This document shows positions 55,701-64,000 of a DNA stretch of 64,000 nucleotides, piece by piece. Each line of letters opens with the position of its first letter. The first letter of the stretch is position 1. Origin of the DNA: a virus. Position numbers and translations under genes: made by a program. The stretch covers positions 12,617-76,616 of the IMG/VR virus record IMGVR_UViG_3300042876_000313; one strand, written 5' to 3'. The notes under the pieces were generated by a model. The model saw only the letters and a program-made list of their open reading frames with translations. It was not told where the DNA came from and made no database searches.

Positions 55701-58700
55701 CAGGCTGCCGTCCGGTCGGCGAACCGGGAAGCTGCCCGCCGCGCTGAAAAAAGAAGCGGCCACCCCGGAGCCGGTCAAGCAGAAACAAGGCTTCGACACC
55801 AAGGCCGCGAAGGAGCAGAAGCGATACCTGCTGGAAGAAGTGGACAAGGCGATTGCGGACGCGCCGGAAACGCGAGCGGTCGTTCCTGCTGACTCTGACA
55901 TGGCCGCGTTAGATGACGCTCGGATGTCCAGAGCGCGTGAAGATATTGTTTCGTTTGCGGAAAGGGAACGGGCAACAGTTGAAGCCCTTGCGAACAAGTA
56001 CGGCGTTCCTTGGGGCGAGAAAAAAGCTGGAATTTCACCACTTGGAGATGCGTACATAAAGATGAAGTTTGAGCAAGTTGAAGGCAAGATTCGAGACGCG
56101 ATATTTAAGCAGTCGGATACAATCCTGATTAGCGTTCCAGGTGATGGCAAGTTCACGCTGTTCAATAGCAAGACAGCATTGCGTGATTTCAAGGAACGTG
56201 CCAAACGATTCCCCACCACCGCGCCCAAGCAGAGTTTACCGTCCAAGCCAAGACTCACGCCAACGACTGCGCCCGCCACTGGCAAGATGATCCCGGAGAA
56301 CATCGCCAAGGCGGCAGCGATTCACGCCTCAATCGAACCGACTCGAAAGATCATCAATTTAATCTACAGCGACGGAAAGGTGACAGTCGCCACGGATGGG
56401 CGGCGGCTCATTCAGATTGACAAGGGATTGGGCGGCACACCTGAGAATCCGAAACTGTTCCATGAGGATGGCAAGCCGCTGACCAAAGCGGAGATGGAAG
56501 AAGTCGGGAATTACCCGAACTGGAAGCAGGTCATTCCATCTGACGAAAACCTGTTCGCCGCGTTCAAAGGTCTGGACATTGAGCGGTTGAACAACGTGTT
56601 GCAGCAGGCGACTCAGGCCACGTCGGAAAAACAGAACAGCGTCAACCTGTATCGCAATCCAGACGGCAGCATTGCGGTCACGTCGGCGACCTCGGACTTG
56701 GGCGACTACCAGCACAACCTGCAAGACGGCGCGAAGATTCTTGGGGCGTACTCGCCGAAGTTCTTGGTGGACGCCATCAAAGCGGCGAAGTTGTTGGGCA
56801 ATGAGAAGGTGGACATTTGGTACACCGACGAACTCGCCCCGATGGTCATCAAGGCGACCGGGATGAAGGTGGTCATCATGCCCATGCGTGACGGTGGCCC
56901 TTTAAGCACGGAATCGCCAAACGTATTGAAGGAATCTGATGTAACCAAGTATAAGCCATTGCCTGCCGCCAAGAATCCTGCACCACTTGAGCCATCGCCG
57001 AAATCAAAGACGCTCACGATGGATGACGTTTCCGCTGCCCGTCAGTTGACCGATGAAGAACGCAATCGGTTGGCGGCTCCGGTGATTGCGAAATTGCGCG
57101 GTCTGGGTGGCGGTGGTGGAAATGACAAGGCTGGTATCCCCGACCGTGGCGGTTCGATTTACGACCAAGCTTTGGAAGGCCAGTTCAATCGTGACCAAAT
57201 GGCTGCGGCCAGGGTTGCGCTGATGGAACTTGGTGCGTCCAGCCGGGTGGTTGACGCGATTGAATCCGCGACGGTCAAAGAACCAACCACCCAACCCACC
57301 GCCACGGCGACCTCGCAGCCGACTGGCCCTGTTTCAGAACAGTCATCTGTTCTTTCTGCTGCAAGCCGTTTCAGACCGCGTGAATTGGTAACATTTGACA
57401 AGCCGCTGGTTGGGCCATCCGGTGCTTCGTTGGTGGCTTATGAATGGCAATGGCAACCGGAAGAATACGTTGACAAATACGGTGAGGATCGGGTTCGCCG
57501 TGTTTCGGATTGGGAAAAAGCCACGTCCAGTAGTGAGTCAGGCCGTGACATTGTTCATCAATTCAGAGTGAAAATGCCAGATGGAAGCGTAAAAATTGTA
57601 AGCTCTGAATCCGTGGTTCAGTTGCTAGGATACACTGAACGAAACGCACCCAAGAATCTTCCGTCACTTGTAAGCGCGACCAAAACTCTTGCCAAGTTAA
57701 AGATGCAGTTGTCAATCGCGGAGTCCAAGATTGAACACAACGAAAAGATTCTCGTTGAAGTGAGAAAGATTCCAGCGCCAATAGACCAAATAACCAGCGA
57801 GAAAGCCCACAAAAATTCTCCTAACAGCAAGGCGGTTGCGTTTTTAATGCCGTCACCAGAAGGTACAACTGGAGCGAAGATTTACCAAGTCCAATGGGAA
57901 CCCGGAAAGCCAAGCGATTACACGATTGATTCACTGGTTAGTCAGTGGAAAGGAAAACTTGCTGCCAAGATGGGTGTTGTTCACATATCTGAAGATGTCA
58001 AAGGTTTACGAGATCGAATCGCCAAACAGGAGCGTAAAATCAGTGACATTTTGAAGTCCGATATTTCAACCGTTTCAACCACCACCCAACCCGCAGAGCC
58101 GCCGACTGGTCAGCCGACCGAAAGGAACTGGGATTTGCTGCTTGAGAATATCGAGGACAGCTTGGAAAGTTTTTCGCCCGCCCGCGATACTGGCCGGTTG
58201 AATTACGAACTGATTGATGTGGCGCAGCGGTTCATTGACTACGCGAAGGCCGATAAATCTGGAAGGCCGTTGACTGATTTGATCGGTGATTTCTCGAAGC
58301 AGGACGCGGCTACGGCGAGCCAGATCAAGAAACTGAAAGCTGCCGTAACGGAAGTCACGTCGAAGCCCGACTACGCGATTGAGGAAACGGCTCCGACTTG
58401 GTATTCGCGGATCACCAGGACGGTGGAGCAATCTCCTCAGAACAAGGCGAGTGGAGCGCAATGGAAGGCGATGATTCGCAATTCCAAACTTGGCGTGAGC
58501 AAGGACGAATACGCGCTCGTTTCCGTGGACGATTTGGAGGATGGCCGGACGTACACGAAACAGGAAGTTCTGGATTACCTGCGGGCGAACGAAGTCAAGG
58601 TCGAGTATGTGACGTTGGGTGAATCAAATTTAAGCAAATCACAAATTGATAACCTCAATAAAGAGTGGAGAGAGATTGATTTCAAAGAACTTAGACCTCT

Positions 58701-61700
58701 AGGATTTCGACCAGATGTGGACAATCTTGGAAGGGTTGTGTTATTCGATAAATCAACCAATCAGAAAGTTGACCAAAATAGTTACAATCTCCCTGAAAAA
58801 GTTCGTGACCTGTATTGGAGGCTTCAAAGCATTGAAGATATAAAGCGACAGGATAACAAAGTTGACACCCACTTCTCGACCTACCAACTCCCCGGAGGAA
58901 AGGAAGGCAGCTACCGGGAAGTGCTGTTGACCACGCCGGAGATCGTTCCGAAGTTTGAATGGACGGATAGCGGACCAATCAAACTCAATCTCGAAGGCAA
59001 GTATGGGGGTTTGCAAATAACCGATTCCCGCCAATGGGAAGCGGAGATCAATGGTTCAAATTACGAGATCACTTGGCATCCAAATCGTGGCGCAAAAGGG
59101 ATGTACGTTCTGAATGGAGAACATGGTGGAATTCAGAACGCCGGTTTCGACACGCTTGAACAGGCGAAGGAATACGCCACTAAAGGAACCAACTACAAAT
59201 ACTCTCAGCGAAACGTGTGGCAAGACGGCCACTCGCAGTACAGCGACATCGCCAACCCGATAGTCCGCCTGCGATTCAACGAGCGGACGACCGCTGACGG
59301 AAAGCGAATGTTGTTCCTTGAGGAAGTTCAAGCCCCGCAAAAAGGTCAGTTCGAGAAGATGCCCGCGCTGTTTCAAAAGAACTGGCGCGAGATTGCGTTC
59401 AAGTGGGCGTTACGTCATGCGGCTGAAAACGGGTTTGATTCTGTGGGCTGGACTACGGGCGAGATGCAGGCCGATAGGTACAACCTTGAAAAAAGGATTT
59501 CGTCGGAAGGCATTAAGTGGAGCAACAATAAGAGCAGTGGAACGATTTCACTTTACGCTGAAAACCGTGATTCCGGGGGTGTTCTGATTAACAAAGAAGT
59601 CAAACCGAACGAGGTTTCCGATTGGGTTGGTAAAGACATCGCCGCTCAGATTGAGGCATCCATAAATCGCGGTTCAAACGTAGGCCAGATAACCGGAAAC
59701 GATTTGAAAGTCGGCGGCGAAGGACTGAAAAAGCTGTACGACGTGGACTTCCGCAACGTGGTGAACGGTCTGCCGGTGGTCAAGAAGTCCGGGCAGAAGG
59801 TTGGTGTTTCGGATGTTAATGCTGGACAATACGCGAGAGATGCAAAAGTTGTTCAGGGAGATTTCCCAGGATTTTGGACGATCAGATCAGCCGATGGTCA
59901 ACTGTCAGGAAACTATTCAAGCAGATCAGACGCAGAGGCTGCATTGGAGAAGGTTGGCGTTCCGTCTCCTTCAAGAGTCCAATCCATCACCATCACGCCC
60001 GAAATGCGGGACGCCGTGATGGCCGGACAGAACATGTTCTCGAAGGCCAACCAATCGCCTGCCGGTTGGGTCGAAGTCCAAGGCAACCCGCCGTTGACCG
60101 AAGCCGACGTTCGCGCTGCCGTTGACCCCATCCTTTCCAACTGGCAGGGCGTCACGTTTAACCTTGTCAATGACCCGAACTGGACGAGCGGAGAGGATTC
60201 ACTGATCGGCGGTATGCGTTCGGGCAACGAGATCACGTTGAACCTGGCCGCCATCGGTTCCAAAGAACGCGCCGTGGCCCTGCTCCTGCATGAAGGCGTT
60301 GGACATTTGGGTATCCGGGGCGCATTGGGTACTGATTTCGTGCGCGTCATGGATGAAGTTTGGAACATGATGACCCCGGAGAATCATGCCGAGGTCGTCA
60401 AGTTGGTCAAACGGTATGGCTCTGACCGGACGAACCTGACCGCTGAATGGGTGGCGCGTCAGGCTGAGAAGGGCGCGACTGGTTCAACGTGGCAGCGCAT
60501 CTGGCAGCGCGTGATGGACTGGTTCGCCAAGGTGTTCGGCCAAAGGAACGCCGAGGCGATTGCGCGGGACTTGTTCCGGCAGGGTAGCAAATGGCTGAGA
60601 ACCAACCCGGACAAACGGGTGGAAGGGAAGGCGGACTATTCCATTGAGGAAGCCAATCGCGCTCTCGAAGTCGCCGAGAAACCGGGGCGCGGCCCGGAAG
60701 TCCAATCCGCCGCCAGGGAATTTGGCGGGCTGACCCTGGCCGGTGAGTTCGCTTCCCAGCCTTTCGTGCGCGAGGAAATTGAGAAGGCCAAACAGGTGGC
60801 CACGTTCGAGAACCTTGAGAAGTATCGCCGCGCCAAGTCCACCCTGCTCAAGCCGCTGCTCGACGTGCAGAACCTCGAAACGAAGCTTGGCCAAGACGCC
60901 CGCTCCTACGCCGAGACGCGCAATGACCCGAACATTGACCCGGACAAGCGCGATGTCGCCACGCTCAATGCCCTGTCCACGTTCACCAAGTACCAACAGA
61001 GCTACCAGTCGTTCAAGGCCAACGCCGAGAACTTGCGCCAGCAGTTGACCCGGAAACTCATCCAACTGGACAAGGAACTGGGTGACGCCTACAAGCCCGG
61101 CACGCTCGAATACCAGAAGGGCGTCGAGAAATTGGCAGGCGACCAGATCACGGCGATCCTCAAGGATGGCATGGCCCACGCTGTCACCGACGCAGAGAAG
61201 GTCGAGGCCAACCGGGTGCTGGGCCAACTGGCCGGGGTCGGCAAGGCGACCAAGTGGATCATCGAGAACGTGCCCAACTGGCAAACCTACACGTCGGGCA
61301 ATGACCTTGTGGCCGAAGCCAAGCGTCTGGCCGGGGACGATTACCGCCAGCGCATGGAGGCCAACGACGATGCCATCCGTGACGCTAGCCGGCTGGTGGT
61401 CAAGTTCCAGGCGAAGTACGAACAGGTCTTGGCGCAGCGTGACGCCGCCATGACGATGACGATTGACCAGGCCACCGAGTACAAGAAGCAGATGGAGGCC
61501 GTGCGTGATGACCTGAAATCGGGCAAGATCAATTCCGCTATCATCAAGTATCGTTCGGCCATCAGTACTATCGCCGTCAAGAAGGCGAACATCCGCGATG
61601 CCATCGCCCTGATTCACCGCCAGCAGACCGGAATCCTGAACCGGCTTGATGCCATCGCCCAACTCGAAACCCTGATGGACAACATCCGGCGCCGACCGGA

Positions 61701-64000
61701 GTTCAATCAGTTGGGTGAAGCACTCGCCGCCGACATCGGGTATGCCTCGCCCATTGACATTTACGATGACCAATCGGGCACCGTCCGCCTCGCCGGGTTC
61801 CCCGGTAAGGATGAAGTGATACTGTCGCTCAAGCCGGACAAGGCCACGGCGGAAGCCAACCACGCCAAGATCGAGGCGTACCATCGCAAGGCCATCGAGT
61901 ACGTCCAAGGCAAGGACACCAACCCGGAGTACGACCCGTTCATCGGCAAGGCATTGGAGTTCTGGGCGAACAACCGGGTGGAAATTCTCAAGTCCCGCGC
62001 CCTGCTGCCCGACAATCCCAGCCTGATTCCGTCGTTCTCACTGGCGGCGTTCAAGCGCATGGGAGATTTCCTGTGGAACTCGACCTCCATCCCGTACTTC
62101 AACATGCTGTTCGGGAAAGGATTCGGGTTCGACCGGCTCGCCGAGTTCTTCAATGCCGGGGCCAAGATGCAGAAGGCCGCGCAGACGGTCTATGCCAAAC
62201 TCTGGCCGGCAATGGACGAGAAGCTGATGGCCGCTCGCAAGGCCCACAACCTGGCCACCATCGGGGAATACTGGGAGAAGGTGTTCAATCCCATCGCCTA
62301 TTCCCGCCAGTATTTCGCGCATCGCCCGCTGCGGGTGGGTGATTCGCTGGGAACCGGGCACGTTGTCAAGCAGGAGGACTTGGAACTGCTGGAAAAGCAG
62401 GGGGCGTTCTCCCGCGAGATGTCATCGGTGATCCGCAATCAGGGCGGCATGTCGGGGACCACGTCTCAGATGATCCCGGCAGCCCGTGGCATCTTGGAGA
62501 AGTACCCCGGCCTGAACTTCTTTTACCGCGACCAGTTGGCCACCGGCCCGAACACCCTTCCGCGCCATTGGGGACGGGTGTTCTCATGGTTGGATGAGCA
62601 GAGCGACACCGGCAAGACCTATTCCGAGATCGGCAACGAGGCCCGCCGCGTGGGTGACGCCACATACCGCCAAGCCAAGGCCACCGGGGAAGCCAGGCGC
62701 CGTGCCCTTGCGGAGATCGCCGGGTACTCGCCCGCGTCCCAAGCCGAAGCGGATGTCGCCGCTATTACCGAGCGGATCGCCCGGCAGATGGGGCAACGCG
62801 CCTACTGGAATGTGGCCAAGCAGTTCGAGGATTTCGTCAATCGCCACAACGACACGCTGCTGTTCGGGTACATCAAATGGGCCAACGAAGCGACGAACAC
62901 GACGTTCCAGTACAAGTACGCCGATGCCTTGGACGACATTGGCCGGCAGATGATCGAGGACAATGAGCCGGTCGGGTCGGTGCAGGAGTTGGCCGAGGCC
63001 ATCCACGCCAGGGAGATTGACCGTTACCAGAACAATGACCTGTTCGACCAAGGCGGCGAGGGCATCCCGTCCGTGGAACAGATCAAGCAGGACATCCTTT
63101 CCGAGATTGACCGGCTGCTCATCAAGGCCCGCGATTACCGGGATGAACTCCGCGCCGAACTTGAGTCGCCCGGCCAGAAGGATATGCGCCTGCGCTCCGG
63201 GGTAAGCAGCCTGACCCAAGCCCGTGGCAAGCAAATCCTGCCCGGCGAATGGTACGACTACGGCAACCTTGGCAAGGATTCCATGCTCGCCCAGGTGGCC
63301 AACGTGTCCAAACCGGCCTTCATCGAAATGGCCAAGCTGCTTGACCAGATGGTGTTGACCACCGAGGCCAAGGCCAAGGAATTGGCCGAGTCCGGCCTGA
63401 CCGAGAAGCAGTTGCGCGAACGCCGGGCAAAGGGACTGGACTTCTATTCCGCCGACGAGGCCCGCGAGGCTGCGAATGAACTCATCAAAATCCAGAAGTG
63501 GCTGCGGCACATCAACGCCGAACACGAAGGCAATATTGAAACCCAATACTTGGGCGGCATTGGACGGATGGACAACGCCTGGCGCGTGGTGCTGCGCCTG
63601 ATTACGTCCCGCCTGCTGGCTGGTGGTTCGTCCATGATTAACAACTTGGGCGGCGGCTCGTTCATGGACGTGATGCAGCGGGTTGGCCTGGACATTCCAG
63701 CCAATGACGCCAAGGACTTCGCAAATGGCGCCGGGGTGTCCGCCTCAAGCTGGGGCACGTTCCGGGGCGCACCGGCGGCTGTAAAATCCGCCATTGACCT
63801 TACCAAAGCCATCGCCGAACGCTCGACCATGACGATGACCGGGCTGTTCAAATATTTCACCGGCAAAGCGGCGAACGCCACGCAGATCAAAGCCCTTCGC
63901 AACCTGAATGAATGGGCTGCCGCCTCGCTCCTTGAGCAACGGCGCAAGTGGCAGACCTACCAGGATTTGGGGTTGGATTCCAACATGATGTTGCGGGATC
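52735..64000 (+). CDS. Giant polyvalent internal virion protein (partial, >3750 aa)
   Basis: ATG at 52735 (MPDKFGGIEV); absent from the ORF track, consistent with no stop before the window end; GEAAEEGINQ ejection-protein motif, beta-clamp-like domain 56300-56890, polyvalent-type domain about 58395-60040, HEGVGH metallopeptidase motif about 60289. Confidence 0.8.
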   Translation, partial: MPDKFGGIEVDEFGGVMVDEPVSPPTVRPPGALPVEPAFNREVAATDVPLGSVGRGIESGGALLGRGAGGTLEFVEKGGVPGMALRKVLGDDIGGTIGKVIGTVTTAPLQAVGALGRLAGGGEVVAPSGQAASDYWKQKSEDIGQRQEKFDPGAYSFQLSQGAVSTVPSLAAGPAGLTAMAAVAGAQVFGSTLADAADAYEKQGMTRQQAIDKAAPWAALDGLQTALLTRIMPYGEASIAAAMKAGGAKEATNVAAEIVNKYFKKLTNFGPQLPAALNKPARFLSAFAKGAAGEAAEEGINQILSGAISKWSYEPDKTWAQIWDEAKLAGSIGGVLGGMMEPGGNLLGKALDRNQPSTGQVPITPPGSIPQPEYQLGEVPVFGISGMVPRDTIFETPRIQLPTAPVKPAGESYFQRPAPTPDVELGLREGAPDIGSTRTPIDRMMDIGSPGTVDRAIDEAAARRAAPSTSPVRLARGELTGPVESEPTSRLVQLLKARSQQQPSTQPTESYASTIRGGEKVVPKARLSGQTGEGNRGGGVEQAASRQPEPVAAGTEGAAAKAPDFIAGVASQRPTGKVGGIVWDIRNGRIGGLKAKVLMRDYGDTKALVEINGERFVIDDSTRLKTAGIETDYSSKVASQYFKGVKTAKDLNDLLAKYPKLGFEDFKNYKKVGDQYVYQPTKQPSAETGIVDTIAGKMGLQEFEQKGYSPEQVTKSDWVNLQRAERRRLGQQEGGDSEYLPWGEYEQYHRDAVMRALAKGEEVDPEVLKDYPDLKPTKQPAVEPPERQVKAIISTKDPRLMDDSDISKEVSALDNEMLPLWNQLEALGDSAYVKGGRNSPEAQVIYNKIKPFGDRKASLLSEQTRRNNEAQNKRNLEARDKRVAEAPVYQTRNGWEIIKDGFDYVLRDPVTKEDVYRGKLSRVREVADESAPERQVIQNEEKRQEGLQVNQPVEQPIKPAVAAPGEGSIPIPPQSPTQLPPVAPAAPKSRLPSGRRTGKLPAALKKEAATPEPVKQKQGFDTKAAKEQKRYLLEEVDKAIADAPETRAVVPADSDMAALDDARMSRAREDIVSFAERERATVEALANKYGVPWGEKKAGISPLGDAYIKMKFEQVEGKIRDAIFKQSDTILISVPGDGKFTLFNSKTALRDFKERAKRFPTTAPKQSLPSKPRLTPTTAPATGKMIPENIAKAAAIHASIEPTRKIINLIYSDGKVTVATDGRRLIQIDKGLGGTPENPKLFHEDGKPLTKAEMEEVGNYPNWKQVIPSDENLFAAFKGLDIERLNNVLQQATQATSEKQNSVNLYRNPDGSIAVTSATSDLGDYQHNLQDGAKILGAYSPKFLVDAIKAAKLLGNEKVDIWYTDELAPMVIKATGMKVVIMPMRDGGPLSTESPNVLKESDVTKYKPLPAAKNPAPLEPSPKSKTLTMDDVSAARQLTDEERNRLAAPVIAKLRGLGGGGGNDKAGIPDRGGSIYDQALEGQFNRDQMAAARVALMELGASSRVVDAIESATVKEPTTQPTATATSQPTGPVSEQSSVLSAASRFRPRELVTFDKPLVGPSGASLVAYEWQWQPEEYVDKYGEDRVRRVSDWEKATSSSESGRDIVHQFRVKMPDGSVKIVSSESVVQLLGYTERNAPKNLPSLVSATKTLAKLKMQLSIAESKIEHNEKILVEVRKIPAPIDQITSEKAHKNSPNSKAVAFLMPSPEGTTGAKIYQVQWEPGKPSDYTIDSLVSQWKGKLAAKMGVVHISEDVKGLRDRIAKQERKISDILKSDISTVSTTTQPAEPPTGQPTERNWDLLLENIEDSLESFSPARDTGRLNYELIDVAQRFIDYAKADKSGRPLTDLIGDFSKQDAATASQIKKLKAAVTEVTSKPDYAIEETAPTWYSRITRTVEQSPQNKASGAQWKAMIRNSKLGVSKDEYALVSVDDLEDGRTYTKQEVLDYLRANEVKVEYVTLGESNLSKSQIDNLNKEWREIDFKELRPLGFRPDVDNLGRVVLFDKSTNQKVDQNSYNLPEKVRDLYWRLQSIEDIKRQDNKVDTHFSTYQLPGGKEGSYREVLLTTPEIVPKFEWTDSGPIKLNLEGKYGGLQITDSRQWEAEINGSNYEITWHPNRGAKGMYVLNGEHGGIQNAGFDTLEQAKEYATKGTNYKYSQRNVWQDGHSQYSDIANPIVRLRFNERTTADGKRMLFLEEVQAPQKGQFEKMPALFQKNWREIAFKWALRHAAENGFDSVGWTTGEMQADRYNLEKRISSEGIKWSNNKSSGTISLYAENRDSGGVLINKEVKPNEVSDWVGKDIAAQIEASINRGSNVGQITGNDLKVGGEGLKKLYDVDFRNVVNGLPVVKKSGQKVGVSDVNAGQYARDAKVVQGDFPGFWTIRSADGQLSGNYSSRSDAEAALEKVGVPSPSRVQSITITPEMRDAVMAGQNMFSKANQSPAGWVEVQGNPPLTEADVRAAVDPILSNWQGVTFNLVNDPNWTSGEDSLIGGMRSGNEITLNLAAIGSKERAVALLLHEGVGHLGIRGALGTDFVRVMDEVWNMMTPENHAEVVKLVKRYGSDRTNLTAEWVARQAEKGATGSTWQRIWQRVMDWFAKVFGQRNAEAIARDLFRQGSKWLRTNPDKRVEGKADYSIEEANRALEVAEKPGRGPEVQSAAREFGGLTLAGEFASQPFVREEIEKAKQVATFENLEKYRRAKSTLLKPLLDVQNLETKLGQDARSYAETRNDPNIDPDKRDVATLNALSTFTKYQQSYQSFKANAENLRQQLTRKLIQLDKELGDAYKPGTLEYQKGVEKLAGDQITAILKDGMAHAVTDAEKVEANRVLGQLAGVGKATKWIIENVPNWQTYTSGNDLVAEAKRLAGDDYRQRMEANDDAIRDASRLVVKFQAKYEQVLAQRDAAMTMTIDQATEYKKQMEAVRDDLKSGKINSAIIKYRSAISTIAVKKANIRDAIALIHRQQTGILNRLDAIAQLETLMDNIRRRPEFNQLGEALAADIGYASPIDIYDDQSGTVRLAGFPGKDEVILSLKPDKATAEANHAKIEAYHRKAIEYVQGKDTNPEYDPFIGKALEFWANNRVEILKSRALLPDNPSLIPSFSLAAFKRMGDFLWNSTSIPYFNMLFGKGFGFDRLAEFFNAGAKMQKAAQTVYAKLWPAMDEKLMAARKAHNLATIGEYWEKVFNPIAYSRQYFAHRPLRVGDSLGTGHVVKQEDLELLEKQGAFSREMSSVIRNQGGMSGTTSQMIPAARGILEKYPGLNFFYRDQLATGPNTLPRHWGRVFSWLDEQSDTGKTYSEIGNEARRVGDATYRQAKATGEARRRALAEIAGYSPASQAEADVAAITERIARQMGQRAYWNVAKQFEDFVNRHNDTLLFGYIKWANEATNTTFQYKYADALDDIGRQMIEDNEPVGSVQELAEAIHAREIDRYQNNDLFDQGGEGIPSVEQIKQDILSEIDRLLIKARDYRDELRAELESPGQKDMRLRSGVSSLTQARGKQILPGEWYDYGNLGKDSMLAQVANVSKPAFIEMAKLLDQMVLTTEAKAKELAESGLTEKQLRERRAKGLDFYSADEAREAANELIKIQKWLRHINAEHEGNIETQYLGGIGRMDNAWRVVLRLITSRLLAGGSSMINNLGGGSFMDVMQRVGLDIPANDAKDFANGAGVSASSWGTFRGAPAAVKSAIDLTKAIAERSTMTMTGLFKYFTGKAANATQIKALRNLNEWAAASLLEQRRKWQTYQDLGLDSNMMLRD
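54266..54433 (+). CDS. Nested small basic protein in the +1 frame of the giant gene
   Basis: MPAQYEAVKKSYLKRGYPAKRAKGIAAAVWNKQHPDNPNPWLRERKARLRRHRTS; the host frame reads as a low-complexity linker here. Confidence 0.55.
   Translation: MPAQYEAVKKSYLKRGYPAKRAKGIAAAVWNKQHPDNPNPWLRERKARLRRHRTS
55550..55582 (+). CDS. Nested 10-aa basic peptide MKKKGKKGCK
   Basis: Strong SD-like GAAAGGCAGGTGA 6 nt upstream; +1 frame. Confidence 0.4.
   Translation: MKKKGKKGCK

Noticed and set aside
60484-63546. Long minus-strand ORFs (474 aa and 320 aa)
   Set aside because: Antisense shadows of the giant + strand gene
1-64000. Prophage boundaries, integrase, tRNA genes or stop-codon recoding
   Set aside because: No host genes, recombinase or cloverleaf seen; genes translate intact with the standard code and use all three stop codons

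Overview
The window is a 64-kb part of a tailed dsDNA phage genome. It is podovirus-like: P22-type portal, adaptor and tail-stabilisation proteins, internal ejection proteins, and no tape measure or sheath gene seen. No integrase, tRNA, rRNA or CRISPR array was found. Layout: (1) 1-1500, leftward early genes including a truncated DUF3560-like gene. (2) 1500-2860, a non-coding region with a strand-composition switch and short repeats, a candidate packaging or origin site. (3) 3540-18584, a leftward early/replication operon: C5 DNA methyltransferase apparently encoded in two overlapping frames, DnaC-like loader, iteron-containing initiator, HNH, SSB-like protein, RecE-like exonuclease, Sak4-like ATPase, RusA and a multi-HTH regulator. 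(4) 18635-28009, rightward genes including tail-fibre/tailspike-like proteins that unexpectedly carry Sec signal peptides, and a holin/spanin cluster. (5) An inverted terminase large subunit, then portal, scaffold, capsid, an adaptor-phosphoesterase fusion and a VWA protein. (6) 41150-45212, a glycosyltransferase/methyltransferase island. (7) Tail and ejection proteins, and a giant (>3750 aa, open-ended) polyvalent protein containing a beta-clamp-like domain, a metallopeptidase motif and nested small genes. The style of the secreted proteins (P-domain protein ending in FYRL, TN-rich exported proteins) suggests a Verrucomicrobia host; this is inference. The best candidate for an undescribed system is the set of exported, TN-rich phage fibre proteins together with a cysteine-rich virion and phage glycosyltransferases. 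All family assignments come from motif recognition by eye; no database searches were run.
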